Assembly: GCA_030390025.1 (NCBI GenBank)
Contig: CM059432.1
Location: 10,106,001-10,170,000 of the forward strand
Direction of reading: 5' to 3'
Origin: Squalus acanthias
Lineage: Eukaryota
DNA length: 64,000 nucleotides
The translations under genes and the position numbers were made by a program. Below are positions 37,467-50,189 of this stretch, in pieces (position 1 is the stretch's first letter; each line of letters starts with the position of its first letter). Below the pieces are notes generated by a model. That model worked only from the letters and a program-made list of their open reading frames with translations. It did not search any database and was not told the DNA's origin.

Positions 37467-40364
37467 CTAATCCCATTTTCCAGCACTTGGTCCGTAGCCT
37501 TGTATACTATGGCGTTTCAAGTGCTCATCTAAATGCTTCTTGAATGTTGTGAGGGTTCCTGCCTCTACCACCCTTTCAGGCAGTGAGTTCCAGATTCTAA
37601 CCACCCTCTGGGTGAAAAAGTTTTTCCTCAAATCCCCTCTAAACCTCCTGCCCCTTACCTTGAAACTATACCCCCTGGTTATTGACCCCTTTACTAAGGG
37701 GAAAAGTTGCTTTCTATCTACCCTATCTATGCCCCTCATAATTTTGTACACCTCAATCAGGTCCCCCCTCAGCCTTCTCTGCTCTAAGGAAAACAACCCC
37801 AGCCTGTCCAGTCTCTCTTCATAGCTGAAGTGCTCCAGCCCAGGTAACATCCTGGTGAATCTCCTCTGCACCCTCTCCAATGCAATCACATCCTTCCTAT
37901 AGAGTGGTGACCAGAACTGCACACAATATTCCAGCTGTGGCCTAACTAGCGTTTTGTACAGCTCCATCATAACCTCCCTGATCTTATATTCTATGCCTCG
38001 GCTAATGAAGGCAAGTATTCCATATGCCTTACCTACCTGTCCTGCTGCCTTCAGGGATCTATGTACATGCACACCCAGGTCCCTCTGATCCTCTGTCCTT
38101 CCTAGGGTCCTACCATTCATTATGTATTCCCTTGCCTTGTTAGTCCTCCCAAAATGCATCACCTCACACTTTTCAGGGTTAAATTCCATTTGCCACTGTT
38201 CTGCCCATCTGACCAACCCGTCTATATCGTCCTGTAGCCTGAGGCTTCCCTCCTCGCTATTTACCACCCCACCAATTTTCGTGTCATCTGCGAACTTACT
38301 GATCATACCTCCTACATTCATATCTAAATCATTAATGTACACTACAAACAGCAAAGGACTCAGCACCAATCCCTGAGGTATACCACTGGACACAGGCTTC
38401 CAGTCACAAAAACAACCTTCGACCATCACCCTCTGCCTCCTGCCACTAAGCCAATTTTGGATCCAATGTGCCAAATTGCCCTGGATCCCATGGGCTCTTA
38501 CCTTCTTGACCAGTCTCCCATGCAGGACTTTGTCAAAAGCCTTACTGAAGTCCATGTAGACTACATCAACTGCACCACCCTCATCCACACACCTAGTCAC
38601 CCCCTCGAAAAATTCAATCAAATTGGTTAGACATGATCTCCCCCTGACAAAGCCATGCTGACTATCCTTGATTAATCCTAGCCTCTCCAAGTGGAGACTA
38701 ATTCTGTCCCTCAGAATTTTTTCCAATAATTTCCCTACCACTGATGTTAGGCTCAGTGGCCTGTAATTCCCTGGTTTATCCCTACTACCCTTCTTGAATA
38801 ATGGTACGACGTTAGCTGTCCTCCAGTCCTCTGGCACCTCCCCTGTGGCCAGAGAGGTTCTGAAAATTTGTATCAGAGCCCCTGCAATCTCCTCCCTTGC
38901 CTCACACAGAGGCCTGGGATACATCTCGTCTGGGCCTGGGGATTTATCCACTTTTAAGCCCACTAAAACCATTAGTACCTCCTCCCTCTCAATACTAATT
39001 TGTTCAAGTATATCACAATCAACCTGCCTGATTTCTATGCCTACATCGTCCTTCTCCATAGTGAACACAGATGCAAAATATTCATTTAAAACCTCACCCA
39101 CATCTTGGGGCTCTACACACAGATTTCCACTTTGGTCCCTTATGGGCCCTACTCTTTCCCTGATTATCCTCTTGCCCTTAATATACTTATAAAACACCTT
39201 GGCATTTGCCTTTATTTTGCCCGCCAGTGTTTTTTCATGCCTCCTCTTCGCTCTCCTAATTTCTTTTTTAAGTAACCCCCTGCACTTTCTATACTCCTCT
39301 AGAGCTTCAACTGTTTTTAGTCCTTTGTATCTGTCAAATGCCTCCCTTTTTTTCCTAATCTAGTCTTGTATATCCCTTGACATCCAGGGTTCCCTGGGCT
39401 TGTTGGTCCCACCCTTGACCTTTACGGGAACATGTTGGCGTTGTACTCTCTCTATTTCCTTTCTGAAAGACTCCCACTGCTCTGATGTGGATTTTCCTAC
39501 AAGTAGCTGATCCCAGTCCACTTTGGCCAGATCCTGCCTTATCATATTAAAATCGGCCTTCCCCAATTTAGAACCTTTATTTCCGGTCCATCTTTGTCCT
39601 TTCCATGACTACCTTAAATTTCATCGAATTATGGTCACTGTCACCAAAATGCTCTCCTACTGACACTTCTACCACTTGCCCGGCTACATTCCCTAGAATT
39701 AGAAAACTCTCTTTCTCTCTCCACGGATGCTGCCTGGCCTGCTGAGTTTTTCCAGCGTTTTCTGTTGTTATTTCCCTAGAATTATGTCCAGTACCGCCCC
39801 CTCTCTTGTAGGACTTTCAACATGCTGGCTCAAAAAGCTCTCCTGGATGCACTTTAAGAATTCCACACTCTCTAAGCCTTTCACACTCTGACTATCTCAG
39901 TTAATATTGGGGAAGTTGAAATCCCCTACTATTATTACCCTATTATTTCTACACTTCTCTGAGATTTGCCTACATATCTGTTCCTCTATCTCCCCCTGAC
40001 TGTTTGGGGGCCTATAGTACACTCCCAGCAAAGTGCTTGCCCCCTTTTTGTTTTTAAGTTCTACCCATATGGCCTCATTAGAGGAACCTGCTAAGATATC
40101 ATCCCTCCTTACAGCAGTAATTGACTCCTTGATTAATATTGCGATACCCCCTCCTCTTTTACACCCCCCTCTGTCTAGCCTGAAGATTCTATACCCTGGA
40201 ATATTGAGCTGCCAGTCCTGCCCCTCCCTCAACCATGTCTCTGTGATAGCAACAATATCATACTCCCATGTGTTCATCAACACCTTCAATTCATCTGCCT
40301 TAGTCGTAAAACTCCTTGCATTAAAATAAATGCCATCCAGCCTTGCCATACTCCCTTGTGCCAT
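37467..40364 (-). pseudogene. CR1 ORF2 (APE 39897-40364; RT 37467-39197 open for 576 aa), disrupted
   Basis: YFNARS, AITETWL, YRPP, VGDFN; KSPGPD, QHGF, DFSKAFDKV, KFADDTK; frameshift and Penelope insertion in between. Confidence 0.9.
39702..39771 (+). mobile_element. Penelope-like end (P2) inside CR1 ORF2, 13-bp TSD
   Basis: TSD ttccctagaatta at 39689-39701 and 39772-39784. Confidence 0.82.
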
Positions 40365-40705
40365 TACGTATTTGCTCTGCCTTCCAGGCTGACTTGTTTT
40401 TTCCTCTATATTTGGCTGTGCATCGCCCCCTACTATAGCTCCACTCTGTATCCCATCCCCCTGCCAAGTTAGTTTAAACCCCGCACAACAGTACTAGCAA
40501 ACCTCCCCGCAAGGATGTTAGGTCCCGTTCCGGTTCAGGTGCAACCCGTCCGACTTGTACTGGTCCCACCTTCCCCAGAAGCAGACCCAGTGATCCAGGA
40601 AACTAAAGCCCTCCCTCCTGCACCAACTCTGTAGCCACGCATTCATCTGCTCTATCCTCCTATTCCTATACTCACTAGCACGTGGCACCGGGAGTAATCC
40701 AGAGA

Positions 40706-41419
40706 TTACAACCTTTGAGGTCCTGCTTTTAATCTGCTACCTAGCTCCCTAAATTCTTGTTGCAGGATCTCATCCCTCTTTCTACCTATGTCGTTGGTAC
40801 CAACGTGAACCACGACCTCTGACTGTTCGCCCTCCCCCTTCAGAATGCCCTGCAGCCGTTCAGTGACATCCCTGACCCTGGCACCAGGGAGGCAACATAC
40901 CATCCTGGAGTCACGTCTGCAGCCACAGAAATGTCTATCTGTTCCCCTTACGATAGAATCCCCTATCGTTATTGCTCTCCCACTCTTTTTCCTCCCCTCC
41001 TGTGCAGCTGAGCCACTCCTAGTGTCACAGACTTGTCTCTTGCTGCATTCCCCTGAGAAACCATCTCCCCCAGAAGTATCCAAAACAGAAAATCTGTTGG
41101 AGAGAGAGATGGACCCAGGGGACTCCTGCACTACCTTCCTAGTTCTTTTACTCTGTCTGGCAGTCACCCATTCCCTGTCTGCCTGTGCACTCTTTACCTG
41201 CGGTGTGACCACCTCGTTAAACGTGCTATCCACGAAGATCTCAGCTTCGCGGATGCTCCACAGTGACTCCAGCTGCAGCTCCAACTCCGAAACGCGGATT
41301 TCGAGTAGTTGCAGCTGGAGACACTTCCTGCACATGTGTTCGCCCTGGACACTGAAAGTGTCCCTGACTTCCCACATAGCACAGGGGGAGCACTCCACGC
41401 TGCCGAGCTGCCCTGCCAT
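40706..41419 (-). CDS. CR1 ORF1p (CxxC..CxxC zinc finger/leucine zipper plus SGNH esterase), probably frameshifted near its C-terminus
   Basis: CSPCAMWE...CRKCLQL; IGDSIVRG; CCLPGARVRD; VVHVGTND. Confidence 0.88.
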   Translation of the reverse strand: MAGQLGSVECSPCAMWEVRDTFSVQGEHMCRKCLQLQLLEIRVSELELQLESLWSIREAEIFVDSTFNEVVTPQVKSAQADREWVTARQSKRTRKVVQESPGSISLSNRFSVLDTSGGDGFSGECSKRQVCDTRSGSAAQEGRKKSGRAITIGDSIVRGTDRHFCGCRRDSRMVCCLPGARVRDVTERLQGILKGEGEQSEVVVHVGTNDIGRKRDEILQQEFRELGSRLKAGPQRL

Positions 41420-42015
41420 GTCCTACCCTTAATTTACTCCCTTTACTTCCTTTAAATTAAAGAATATTAAATACACTAGGACCTTACTTCCCTTTAAACC
41501 CTACTTACTCTAAACTAGAGACCTTACTTTTACTTCAATGACTGGACTGTAGAAATACTCACCAGGTCCTACTTACCAATCAGCTCCTTCCCTGGTTGAG
41601 ACGTCACTTTAGCGGTTTCAAAGTTGTTGTTGTTTGACTGCTCCCGCTCTCAGACTCTTTCCCAACTCGCAGTGTGAAGGAATAGCCAGGATTCAGAAAA
41701 ATACACGATACTTGGAACAGATTTCTGAAATTATTAATAAATGACATACTGGGTTTAAAAGTCTGAAAGCCTCAGCGACTCAGGCTGCAAACAGAATACA
41801 GGCTTATGAGATAAGATCAGTTGTTAACACAAAGCTGTGAGCACAGGCTTTGAAATGGGAATGGTTTATTGACCAAGAAACAAGCCCTATTGATAAAGCA
41901 AAGGTTTGCTTCCAGAGCGTCTGAACATTGGAATCAAAACAATGGAATGACCCAAGTAAAGTGTTATAATCTAACACGTCGAACAGGTGCACAGAACATT
42001 AAAAAAAACAAGTGC

Positions 42016-42390
42016 CTTTGAAAGAATGACATCAAGTAAGAAATACCTGTCGTAAAATAGTTTTATGTTAAACTTAGAAACAGGAAACACGATTAAATAT
42101 GCAACCAATTGAGCTAGCTAGAAAACAAGTAAACACTGAGAGAAGTGTTTTCAATTTACATATTGTAAATATAATACCTACACAAGGCTTTGAAGAAATG
42201 ACATCAAGTAAAAGAAACGCCTGCTGAACAAATAGTTTTAATGTTAAGCTTGAAAGATGGAGTCCCAAGGTCTGATAAAAACCAATTGAAGTAAATTAGA
42301 AATGCATGAAGATACTAGAGAAGTGGTTTTAATTTACAAGTTGTAAAAAGTACACAAACAAGACGACTTTGAAAATATTACTTCAATGGA
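42016..42390. repeat. Degenerate tandem repeat, ~175-bp period, ~2.1 copies
   Basis: ctttgaa..aatgacatcaagtaa...aaatagtttta...aaccaattga...gagaagtg.ttt.aatttaca recurs at ~42016 and ~42188, partial at ~42367. Confidence 0.75.
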
Positions 42391-42534
42391 TGCACCAAGC
42401 ATTCACATTGTTCTTGTATTGAACTTGGAATATCACGGAGTCACAACGTCTGAAAAAAACAGTTAAAGTAGTATTAGAAATTCAATAGAAAGACTTCCTA
42501 AGAATTGCATCAAACAGAAACCATTGCTGTCATT

Positions 42535-42783
42535 GGCCCAAAAGTTCGGCCGGAATCGGGAGAGTACTCAGTGCGTACTCACCGGTATTCGTTCCTGAAG
42601 TGCCGGTTTCCTGCATGCACTGCGCATGCGCGGGAAACCGGCACTTCCGGTATGGCGCCGGCACTAGGGAGAGGCCCGGGACCCAAAGTTCCTGCGGGGG
42701 CAAACAAGGACGGCAGACGTGGTAGATGATATCGCGCGCGATCCTTACCCCCGCGGCAAGCCTCCGAATCGAATTTCTAGGCC
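42535..42783. mobile_element. ~250-bp CpG-rich MITE
   Basis: Imperfect TIR ggcccaaaagttcg / cgaatttctaggcc; internal palindrome gaagtgccggtttcc...ggaaaccggcacttc. Confidence 0.72.
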
Positions 42784-44522
42784 ATAGTGTTTATGATGGT
42801 TTGGAAACACCTAAACAGGACACAAGTCTAAAAGCTGACAGCTGAGATGTCAATAAAGAATAGAACAAAGTCAGCAAAGAATGACTTGATACAATTAGCT
42901 TACACAAGCACGAAAACTTCAAAGGATAAACCACCCAAAAAAGAGTATAAAAAATAGACCTTTTCAGACAGAAAAGTCAGAAGTCGCTGGGAAGGCAAGT
43001 GTTTCTCAACTTAACAGACATTCTCTGTAAGTTTTTTACTTTTGAGTCTCGGGTAATCAAAGTACTCTTATTTGATTTTGGTGGATATTCTGGATTAAGA
43101 AATAAGTAGAAGTGTGGAAATGTAACGAAGTTAAGATTTGAGAATAAGGATCTCTGAGAATAAGAAAATGTAAGCTATTTGTATTTTGAATGATTAAAGT
43201 TGCGATTGCCATAATAAATGTTAACTGAATGTCGGTTCTGTAATAAATCTATATATTTTTAAAATAGTCTCAAAGAGTTTTCTGTATCATCTTGCGAACT
43301 CAAATTCTGTACACTCAAAGGAGTTGCAGAATTCTGGGGGGTATTCCGGACCCTTATAATATCCGGAAGGTTACAGTCTAGTTAAACTTATTAAAAGTAT
43401 TATCTGGAGCACGGTAACATCTTTAGACCGTTTCTTTCCTTTAGGGAGCGGTAGTCTGACCTTTAGACCCAGTTAAGCGTCTTATGGGATCCGGCTACCG
43501 CTAACTTTAGTTGAAGGTAAACGTCTGGGGAATACGCCTGATCTGGGGTAGTCCGAAAGGGCTAGGACTTGTAATTATCCCTTCAGCAGGCCTCCTCTGC
43601 AGCGCTCTTTGATGGCCGCTCCGCCTTCTCTCGGGTCCTGCTGCTGCTCCCACACAGGTCCGCCTCCTCCGAGTTAATGCCAACATCTATAATGTAAAAA
43701 TTCTGGCCCTGAATTTCCACAGTCTTCTCCTAGTTTTTAGCCACTTAGGCCATTTCTTCCAGGGTTCCTGGAAAATCTCCATAGAAATTCCAGGCATCTA
43801 TGTCAACAGTTATCCTGGTTAAATCCAATTCATCGTCACATTGTAATTGTCGACCTCCCACCACTAGATGTCACTATGGCCTTTCCTGTTCCCATTGTCC
43901 GCCTCCTCCATTTCTTGCTATTCTTTCCTTCTGCTTCTGGGCCTCCCCACTTCATTTCCAACCCAACAAAGTCCCATTCTGTGAATTGAGGCGTCCAACT
44001 CTTTGCCTTTTATCTCCGCACCCTCACTCCCCTATAATGCCACCTGCCAACAGACCTGCGACCTACTGGCCCAGTGCCGAATCGTCACAGCTTTTGTCAC
44101 AGTCTGTTTCTAAATACCAGGTCGCTGTGTCTTGCTATCACTGGATATTCGTCACGGCTTTGGCCACAGCTTACTGTTGCTTCTGGCTCCCATTGTGAGC
44201 CTGTGCAGCCAACTCCCTGACCTAAGCTACTACCACCTGACTGCACCCCGACACAAGGACGCCCCCATATTCTGGTTCCCTATCTGGTGTGCCATTTCCT
44301 GATGCCCCCACTGCCTAAGCATTATGGTTTCAGCCATAGTTTGTCACTGTCTTCAGCTCCTGCTGTGGGTGGGGGGGGAGAATTCTGGGCTCCCACTCCC
44401 TCCTCCCGCCCCACACACCCACGATTTCCCACCCCTTCACCTACTCTCTCTCCCTGCTACAAGCATCGTACCCACACACCTCCTCCTTTCCTTATCCTTC
44501 CTGCCATCGTCAGCCTCTAGCT

Positions 44523-46522
44523 CATAAGAACATAAGAGCATAACAATTAGGAGCAGGAGTAGACCATACGGCCTGTAAGGGTTTTGTCTCTCTGAACCTG
44601 TGAGATTCGTGTGGCTCTGTGCAGCCTGGATGCTAGTGCGGGTTTAGGCCTTGTTGCCTGTTCTGGTCTCCAGCCAGTCTGGGAGCACTAGACACCTGTG
44701 AGTGGTTCGACCCACTCGCCCTTACGGTTCTGACACTGGACTTAGGTGCGAAAGCAGTAGTGGAGATAAAACTCAGGTAGACCCGGTTGAATGGTACGAA
44801 ATGGAAAATCTTTATTGCATATTATTTAAGATTACGAAATACATGTCATAAGCACAGATTAATGACAGTACAATCTTACACGCAGTTATGTAACTAATTT
44901 CAGGGAAACGAGGAACGAACGACACATCGTAAATGGGGGCACACATTACAATTATCCTTAAAACTTAAACCCTCCCCTATCAATATCTGCCCTAAGCTAG
45001 ATTTGTAGGATCGAGACTCATGCTCACCACTCGTGATAACTCGGAGAATTCCGAAAACTCTGATCGGATGTTTTTCACCGCAGCACCCACGTGTCGATCA
45101 GGGGTCTCTGTACCCCACTTGTTTACTCGTTTCTGCTCCGGCTAGCAGGCTGGAACGTCTGCTGTCATGAAGATCTGTGTTGTCCTCGGAGTTCCGACTC
45201 TACTCAAAGAAGAGTCTTCCTGTGCCCTCGCACGGATACGATAAAATTCGAAGAATAGTCTTCCTGTGCCAGTTCTATAAAACTCAAAAGAAAGTCTTCC
45301 TGGGCAAGGAAAGTGTCTATTCGACCTACAGGCGCGGTCGGAGCTTACTGACCGTGGCGATACGTATGGTCTTCTTCTCTTCTCATCTCATCTCATCTCA
45401 TCTCATCTCATCTCATCTCGGGCCTTCGGTTCCAACACCGTTTACCGACTTCTCGGGATGGTGCGCCCGCTTCAAGGCTTCAGAGCCCAGTTCCACACAG
45501 ATCTTCGCGGCACGCCACGAGGTAGATCCGAGCGGATCGTAAAGTTCAACAGTCTTTAAAAGCTGCAAGAGGCAGAGACACGAGGCAGGCGGCAAGGAGT
45601 CGAAAGGATAAGAGAAAGATGGACGGTTGGAGCTTGCAGTTATAGTGCAAAATCTTCCTTTTCCCGCCCAACCTTAATGTCTTTTCTTTTGTTAGGGTTT
45701 GGCGCTCAAATTTCTTGTATATGGTGATCTCCGTTTTAATGGGTTTCGGGGATACTCGTAACTGTCTGAGTACCTGTTAATACTTTTCCCATTGTTTAAT
45801 CGGTCGGTGTTCTTCCTGGAGGGGTTTTGGGGCTTCCAAATGTTTTCTGTAACTACCCGCTAACGGCTCTCTCATCGTAGAGTCGTTGGGATTTTACATA
45901 TTAATGTCTTTGGATGGGTTCTTGATTACTTGGTACAATAGCCCTTATTCGCACCTGGGAGACCGATTTCAGTATTTATGTGTATACTGCAAACCCATGA
46001 TGTCTCGTGTATTATCTTAAATGTGCTGAGTCTTGATCGATCTTGCACAAATGTTTATTGGAACGCCATCTTGTCTGCCTGTCGAAGAATCTAGAATGTT
46101 CCGCCACGAGGCGTGGCGGCCATTTTACAGGCTGCTTGTGTCCACTTTGAAAACCTGACAGCATTCTGCTGAAATAAAAGCTGTTTGAACGAAACTATGT
46201 GTTTTTCTCCTTATTAATAAAATCGCGATATATTGCGAATTCTACAGGCCCTTCGAGCCTGCTCTGCCATTCAATAAGATCATGGCTGATATTCGACCTC
46301 AACTCCACTTTCCTGCCCGATCCCCATACCCTTGATTCCCCGAGAGTCCAAAAATCTATCTACCTCAGATTTGAATATACTCAACAACTCAGCTTGCACA
46401 GCCCTCTGGGGTAAAGAATTCCAAAGATTCACAACCCTCTGAGTGAAGAAATTCCTCCTCATCTCAGTCTTAAAAGGCCGACCCTTATCCTGAGACGTGA
46501 CCCCACGTTCTAGACTCTCTAG
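44523..46522 (-). mobile_element. CR1 3' end split by the solo LTR (44523-44573, 46247-46522)
   Basis: gtagaccatacggcc|cttcgagcctgctc restores the CR1 3' UTR. Confidence 0.85.
44574..46246 (-). mobile_element. Solo LTR, 1,673 bp, 4-bp TSD
   Basis: TGTA...TACA termini; TSD ggcc at 44570-44573 and 46247-46250; no coding capacity; orientation inferred from minus-strand TATA-like (45640-45645) and AATAAA (44811-44816). Confidence 0.85.
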
Positions 46523-46721
46523 CTCGATCCCTCCCTGACTAAAGCTCTGCTTCAGCCCTGGCAAATACAACCAATGGCCTGGATCCATCTCACCATTAAA
46601 GCCTCCAGGCTATTCAACATAGAGGGCATTCCAACCCAGCTCAAACCTGTCGTCAGTCAGCATACATACACATTCTAGTAGGCAGCTGATAGAAACAATC
46701 AGGAACAGAAACCCTGCCCAA

Positions 46722-47203
46722 TGTGTCAGCTGTGGCCTCAGTGGGTAGCACCCTCACCTCTGAATCAAAAGGTTGTGGGTTCGAGTCCCACTCCGAGAGA
46801 CTTGAGCACAAAAATCTAGGCTGACACTCCAGTGCAGTGCTGAGGGAGTGCTGCACTGTCGGTAGTGCCGTCTTTCAGATGAGACGTTACACCGAGGTCT
46901 CCGTCTGCCCTCTCGGGTGGATGTTAAAGATCCCGTGGCACTATTTCAAAGAAGAGCAGGGGAGTTCTCCCCGGTGTCCTGGGCCAATATTTATCCCTCA
47001 ATCAACATCACTAAAAATAGATTATCTGGTCATTATCACGTTGCTGTTTGTGGGAGCTTGCTGTGCGCAAATTGGTTGCCATGTTTCCTATATTACAACA
47101 GTGACTAAAATTCAAAAAGTTCTTCATTGGCTGTAAAGCGCTTTGGGACGTCCGGTGGTCGTGAAAGGCGCTATAGAAATACAAGTCTTTCTTTTCTTTC
47201 TTT
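46722..47203 (+). mobile_element. Full-length Deu-domain SINE
   Basis: tRNA-like head (gggttcgagtcc), Deu core, (cttt)n tail. Confidence 0.9.
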
Positions 47204-47789
47204 CCTACTTCTTAACCTCCTGCTGCTGACAGGAGTTAACTCATCGCCGGCTGGCCATTGAATCTGGGACCTCTCTCCTCTTTCTGGCTCAGCTCTCCAC
47301 TGCTGATTAATCAGAGCAGCCAATAGTAAGCCAACTTACAATAAATGAACTTCAAGCTTGTAACAAGCTATCTACCATCAAAATGTAACACCTGGCAGAC
47401 TTGCTGCAAGTGGGCACGATTACATTAACTTTTTTCTTCAGTGACTAATTTGCTGGGGAATTAACCCAAGCCAGACGGTGTAGCCGTTTCATTGATTCCA
47501 ATCTCAGTGCAATTTGAGGTCAACTTAATGCTCATGTGGGCTATGAACACTCTCAAACGGTTATTTATTCAGGCCAATGGTGTGGGAAAAATAGGCCATC
47601 AGTCCTCGTATGAGCAACTTCTGACCCTGTTAAATCTGCAGCACACATTGTATTGCAATCCTTTGAGTACTTATGGTTTCCTAAAATACTACACAATCTC
47701 TTGAGTTGGGGTGCACCCACCCCCCCCCCCCCCCCCCCCCCCAGCCCCCGCCGCTATTTTTGTCTTCAGGTGCTCTTATATTATGTATT

Positions 47790-48085
47790 CATTCTTCAGA
47801 TGTGGGCTTCGCTGACTTTCCAGCATTTATTGCCCATCCCTAGTTGTCCTTGAGAAGGTGCTGGTGGGCCTTCTTCTTGAACCGCTGCAGTCCACGTCGT
47901 GAAGGTGCTCCCACGGTGCTGATCAGTCGGGAGTACCAGGACTTTTGACCCAGGACGCTGAAGGAACGGCGATAAAGGCCCAAGTCGGGATGGTGCGTGA
48001 CCTGGATGGGGAACTTGGAGGCGATGGTGTTCACATGCACCTTCTGCTCTTGCCCTTCTAGGTGGAAGAGGTTGTGGGTTTTGGG
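47790..48085 (-). mobile_element. LINE family B 3' end, more diverged
   Basis: Similar to 17920-18215. Confidence 0.75.
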
Positions 48086-48229
48086 ACGTGCTTTAGGACC
48101 CACCGAGATGCCAATAGCACTCAATTTTTGTGTCTAACCTTATTTGCGTAGTGATTCAAATTTCCAGGAGTGAGCTCTGCCGATTCTAGAGACTGGTAAC
48201 AGACAAAAATTGAATATAGGTCAAGGAAT

Positions 48230-48733
48230 GAAAAGAAAGAAAGAAAGACTTGCATTTCTATAGCGCCTTTCACGACCACCGGACATCTCAAAGCGCTTTA
48301 CAGCCAATGAAATACTTTTGAAGTGGAGTCACTGTTGTAATGTGGGAAACGTGGCAGCCAATTTACGCACAGCAAGCTCCCACAAACAACAATGTGAAAA
48401 TGACCAGATAATCTGTTTTTTTAGTGATGTTGATTGAGGGAGAAATATTGGTCAGGACACCGAGGGAAAACTCCCCTGCTCTTCTTCGAAATAGTGCCAT
48501 GGGATCTTTTACATCCACCTGAGAGAGCAGACGGGACCTCGGTGTAACGTCTCATCCCGAAGGCAGAAAGACAGAATGGGCATGCATGATTTCAAAGAAG
48601 AGCAGGGGAGTTCTCCCTGGTGTCCTGGCCAATGTTTATCCCTCAACCAACATCATTAAAACAGATTATCGGGTCATTATCACATTGCTGTTTGTGGGAG
48701 CTTGCTGTGCGCAATTTGGCTGCTGCATTTCCT
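48230..48733. mobile_element. Two Deu-domain SINE fragments (- 48230-48560; + 48585-48733)
   Basis: Similarity to 46722-47203. Confidence 0.8.
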
Positions 48734-48734
48734 A

Positions 48735-49332
48735 CTTCTTCTTCTTAGGCAGTCCCTCGAAACCGAGGATGACTTGTTTCCACACTAAAAATGAGTTCTC
48801 AGGTGACTGATGAGTCCAATGCGGGACCTAGAGTCTCTGTCACAGGTGGGGCAGACGGTGGTTGAAGGGGTGGGTGGGTGGGGTGCTTGGATTGACGTGC
48901 GCTCCTGGCGAAGAGACTCGAGGTGTTCGGCGCCTTCCCGGATGCTTCTCCTCCACTTTGTGCGGTCTTGGGCCAGGGATTCCCAGGTGTCGGTGGGGAT
49001 GTTGCACTTTTTCAAGCAGGCTTTGAGGGTGTCCTTGAAGCTTTTCCTCTGCCCACCTCGGGCTCTCTTGCTGTGTCGGAGCTCCAAGTAGAGCGCTTGT
49101 TTTGGGAGTCTCGTATCGGGCATGCGGACGATGTGGCCCGTCCATCGGAACTGATGGAGCGTGGTCAAAGCTTCGATGCTGGGGATGTTGTCCTGAGCAA
49201 GAACACTGACGTTGGTGCGCCTATCCTGCCAATGGATTTGCAGGATCTTGCGGAGGCAGAGTTGGTGGTGCCTCTCCAGTGCTTGCTGTACATGGTCCAT
49301 GTCTCTGAGGCATACAGGAGGGCGGGTATCAC
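48735..49332 (-). mobile_element. RTE-clade LINE 3' end
   Basis: CLRKILQIHWQDRRTN..., RWTGHIVRMPDTRLPKQ, GGQRK.FKD, C-terminal CPTC...SHLRTH zinc finger; (gaa)n tail. Confidence 0.88.
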
Positions 49333-49344
49333 TGAACTTTAAAC

Positions 49345-50176
49345 TTTTTTTACTGGAAATCACAGCAGGTCCGGCCGCATCTGTGTAGCGAGAACAAGCC
49401 AACGACGACTCGAGTCTGGATGACTCTACATCAGGTGGGGTTACATGTAGTGTGACATGAACCCAAGATCCCGGTTGAGGCCGTCCTCATGAGTGCGGAA
49501 CTTGGCTATCAGTTTCTGCTCGACGATTTTGCGTTGTCGTGTGTCTCAAAGGCCGCCTTGGAGAACGCTTACCCGAAGATCGGAGGCTGAATGTCCTTGA
49601 CTGCTGAAGTGTTCCCCGACTGGGAGGGAACACTCCTGCCTGGCGATTGTTGCGCGGTGTCCGTTCATACGTTGTCGCAGTGTCTGCATGGTCTCGCCAA
49701 TGTACCATGCTCCGGGGCATCCTTTCCTGCAATGTATGAGGTAGACAACGTTGGCCGAGTCACATGAGTATGTACCATGGTGGGTGGTGTCCTCACGTGT
49801 GATGATGGTATCTGTGTTGATGATCTGGCATGTCTTGCAGAGGTTGCCGTGGCAGGGTTGTGTGATGTCGTGGTCGCTGTTCTCCTGAAAGCTGGGTAAT
49901 TTGCTGCGAACAATGGTCTGTTTGAGGTTAGGCGGCTGTTTGAAGGCGAGTAGTGGAGGCGTGGGGATGGCCTTAGTGAGGTGTTCATCGTCATCGATGA
50001 CATGTTGAAGGCTGCGAAGAACATGGCATAGTTTCTCCGCTCCGGGGAAGTACTGGACGGGGTAGGGTACTCTGTTGGTTGTGTCCCGTGTTCGTCTTCT
50101 GAGGAGGTCTATGCGATTTTTCGCTGTGACCCGTCGGAACTGTCGATCGACGAGTCGAGCGTCATATCCCGTTCTC
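49345..50176 (-). mobile_element. Penelope-like element 3' part with GIY-YIG endonuclease
   Basis: Manual translation at 49650-49780: YSCDSANVVYLIHCRKGCPGAWYIGETMQTLRQRMNGHR; C-terminal GLNRDLGF. Confidence 0.88.
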
Positions 50177-50189
50177 CGCCAACGTTGTC

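Larger units (their letters stand above)
37387..41670 (-). mobile_element. Near full-length CR1 LINE (5' UTR, ORF1, ORF2)
   Basis: ORF1 zinc finger plus SGNH esterase, then APE, then RT, then (ctctatga)n tail. Confidence 0.95.

Noticed and set aside
43535..43565. CTGA...GAAA hammerhead-like motif and faint resemblance to type IV IRES GCCUGAUAGGGU
   Set aside because: Core reads CTGATCT rather than CTGANGA, and the IRES IIIe loop and pseudoknot are not matched.
49385..49435. Hammerhead in a third Penelope-like terminal repeat
   Set aside because: Helix II is present but both core boxes are mutated (CTGATGT; GAGT).
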